Virus record (IMG/VR): IMGVR_UViG_3300005573_000137
Span: 1-45,534 of that record
Source: a virus
Lineage: Duplodnaviria; Caudoviricetes
Direction: 5' to 3' (one strand)
DNA length: 45,534 nt
Shown: piece by piece, positions 44,180 to 45,534 of the stretch
Numbering within the stretch: position 1 is the stretch's first letter
How the letters are laid out: the number at the start of each line of letters is the position of its first letter
Program-made: the position numbers and the translations under genes
Notes under the pieces: model-generated
Databases searched by the model: none
The model's input: the letters and a program-made list of their open reading frames with translations, nothing else
What the model was told of the DNA's origin: nothing

Positions 44180-44219
44180 TTAAAGGGTTACTCAAATGTA
44201 ACCCTTTAATATTTTTTTT
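44180..44219 (+). terminator. Rho-independent terminator
   Basis: TTAAAGGGTTAC-TCAAAT-GTAACCCTTTAA followed by a T tract. Confidence 0.85.
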
Positions 44220-44245
44220 GTATGTTTGCTAAATAAATATATATA

Positions 44246-45534
44246 TTTATTTTTTAACACCCTTTGCAAAGTAAGGTTAATATATATTTATTTACTGTTA
44301 GCTGCCCTTACTTACCCTCATGCGTCTTATTAAACGGCATTTACAGTTTAACTAATATTTACTGCTATGCGGCATAGGAAATTCGGGCATCGGTAATGTG
44401 GTATTTACTGATGTTTGGCATCGGGTATTAGGCAGCTAACTATATAAAAAACAAACATTTAACTCAACCTCACCCAACCTCACTCACCCCCCCCAAACAT
44501 GGGGGAAACACTATACCACAACCCGTGATTATTATCACGGTAACAACAGAGGGGGTAGGATAAATAAACAAAGAAACAAACAAACAATAAACAAATTAGG
44601 AGTATATATGACAATAATAGGTTATAAGGGGTTTGATAAAAACCTCCAATGTATGTCTTTCCAATATGAAATTGGAAAGACGTATAGAAAGCAAGATAAT
44701 GAGGAAATCTCATTATGCCAAAACGGATTCCACTTTTGTGAGAATCCGCTGGATGTTTTCTCTTATTACCCTCCATTGGAAGGTAATAGATACTGCCGAG
44801 TAATCGGCGGTGGGAAGATAGATACAAGTCTCTTGGACACCAAAGTGGCTGTTCAAGAGATAGAAATATTAGAAGAATTAACTTGCGAAGAGTTAATTCA
44901 AGAAACAATAAAGTACTTAGGAGGAAATGAGATACCTCCGAGTGAGATTAATTTGCACTCAGCAAGTGCAGATTATAATAAAGATTCAAGAACCAACGGG
45001 GAAAGTTGCAACTCGGCAACGAGTGGCAACAAAGCCCTATCGATGACGGTAGGACATAATTCACATTCAGTGACCGCTGGCAGTTACGCCCAATCACTGA
45101 CAAAAGGTAATGACTCGAATTCCGCAACATGCGGAAACGAGGCAAGTTCAATCACTTTTGGAAATAATTCTAAGAGTATGACCGCTGGATACAATTCCAG
45201 CGCCATAACTTTTGGAGTATATTCTCACGCAGTAAGCGTGGGAACATTTTCAAATGCCATAACACATGGTAACAGTTCTCATGCTGTTACCTGTGCAGAG
45301 GGGTCAAGTACAGCGGTAGAGGGAAACAACTCTATCGCAGTAGGAATTGGAATAGAAAACAGAGCCAAAGGGGAGTTGGACGATTGGCTCGTGCTGGCGG
45401 AATATTCAAGCAGCGGAAGGTTGCTTGAAGTAAAAGCGGTACAAGTTGATGGGATAGAAATTCTACCATCAACATGGTACACGTTAAAAGAGGGGAAATT
45501 TGAAATAGCAAATAAGGAAAATAATATATGAAAG
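44246..45534. repeat. Imperfect terminal direct repeat, copy 2 (allele B)
   Basis: Homologous to 1..1314; ends in the first bases (ATGAAAG) of the gene starting at 1308. Confidence 0.95.
44608..45531 (+). CDS. Second allele of the 379..1311 protein (DUF7666-like with 11-aa repeats)
   Basis: Colinear with 379..1311; about 73% identical over the first ~107 aa by manual count; identical C-terminus. Confidence 0.85.
   Translation: MTIIGYKGFDKNLQCMSFQYEIGKTYRKQDNEEISLCQNGFHFCENPLDVFSYYPPLEGNRYCRVIGGGKIDTSLLDTKVAVQEIEILEELTCEELIQETIKYLGGNEIPPSEINLHSASADYNKDSRTNGESCNSATSGNKALSMTVGHNSHSVTAGSYAQSLTKGNDSNSATCGNEASSITFGNNSKSMTAGYNSSAITFGVYSHAVSVGTFSNAITHGNSSHAVTCAEGSSTAVEGNNSIAVGIGIENRAKGELDDWLVLAEYSSSGRLLEVKAVQVDGIEILPSTWYTLKEGKFEIANKENNI

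Noticed and set aside
1-45534. Stop-codon reassignment as in some crAss-like phages
   Set aside because: The standard code gives intact long ORFs and dense coding; TAA, TAG and TGA all end genes; no suppressor tRNA was seen.

Overview
This window is an essentially complete, AT-rich, apparently lytic tailed phage genome with a unit length of about 44,245 bp. Positions 1..1314 recur at 44246..45534 as a diverged second allele. The + strand arm (43910 through the junction to 12708) carries small early genes and a replication module: AAA ATPase, putative SSB, AEP primase-helicase fusion, Gp157-like protein, RuvC-like resolvase, beta-clamp-like protein and an HTH regulator. No DNA polymerase or integrase was recognised. 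The - strand arm (43470 to 12721) carries a TerS-like gene, a tRNA(CAT), TerL, a P22-like portal, scaffold, capsid, adaptors, tail fibres, a lysis cassette (holin-like proteins, signal-peptide endolysin, unimolecular spanin), a metallophosphoesterase, a muzzle-like protein and ejection proteins. It ends in a 3,239-aa protein with two-barrel RNA polymerase motifs (RAP...GGADNDGD), a probable crAss-type virion RNA polymerase in an unusually small podophage. The main leads are this vRNAP, a kissing-loop hairpin pair directly upstream of it, a Csx20-like putative ring nuclease as an early gene, several structured intergenic RNA candidates and the two-allele terminal region. All family assignments come from motif recognition by eye, without database searches.
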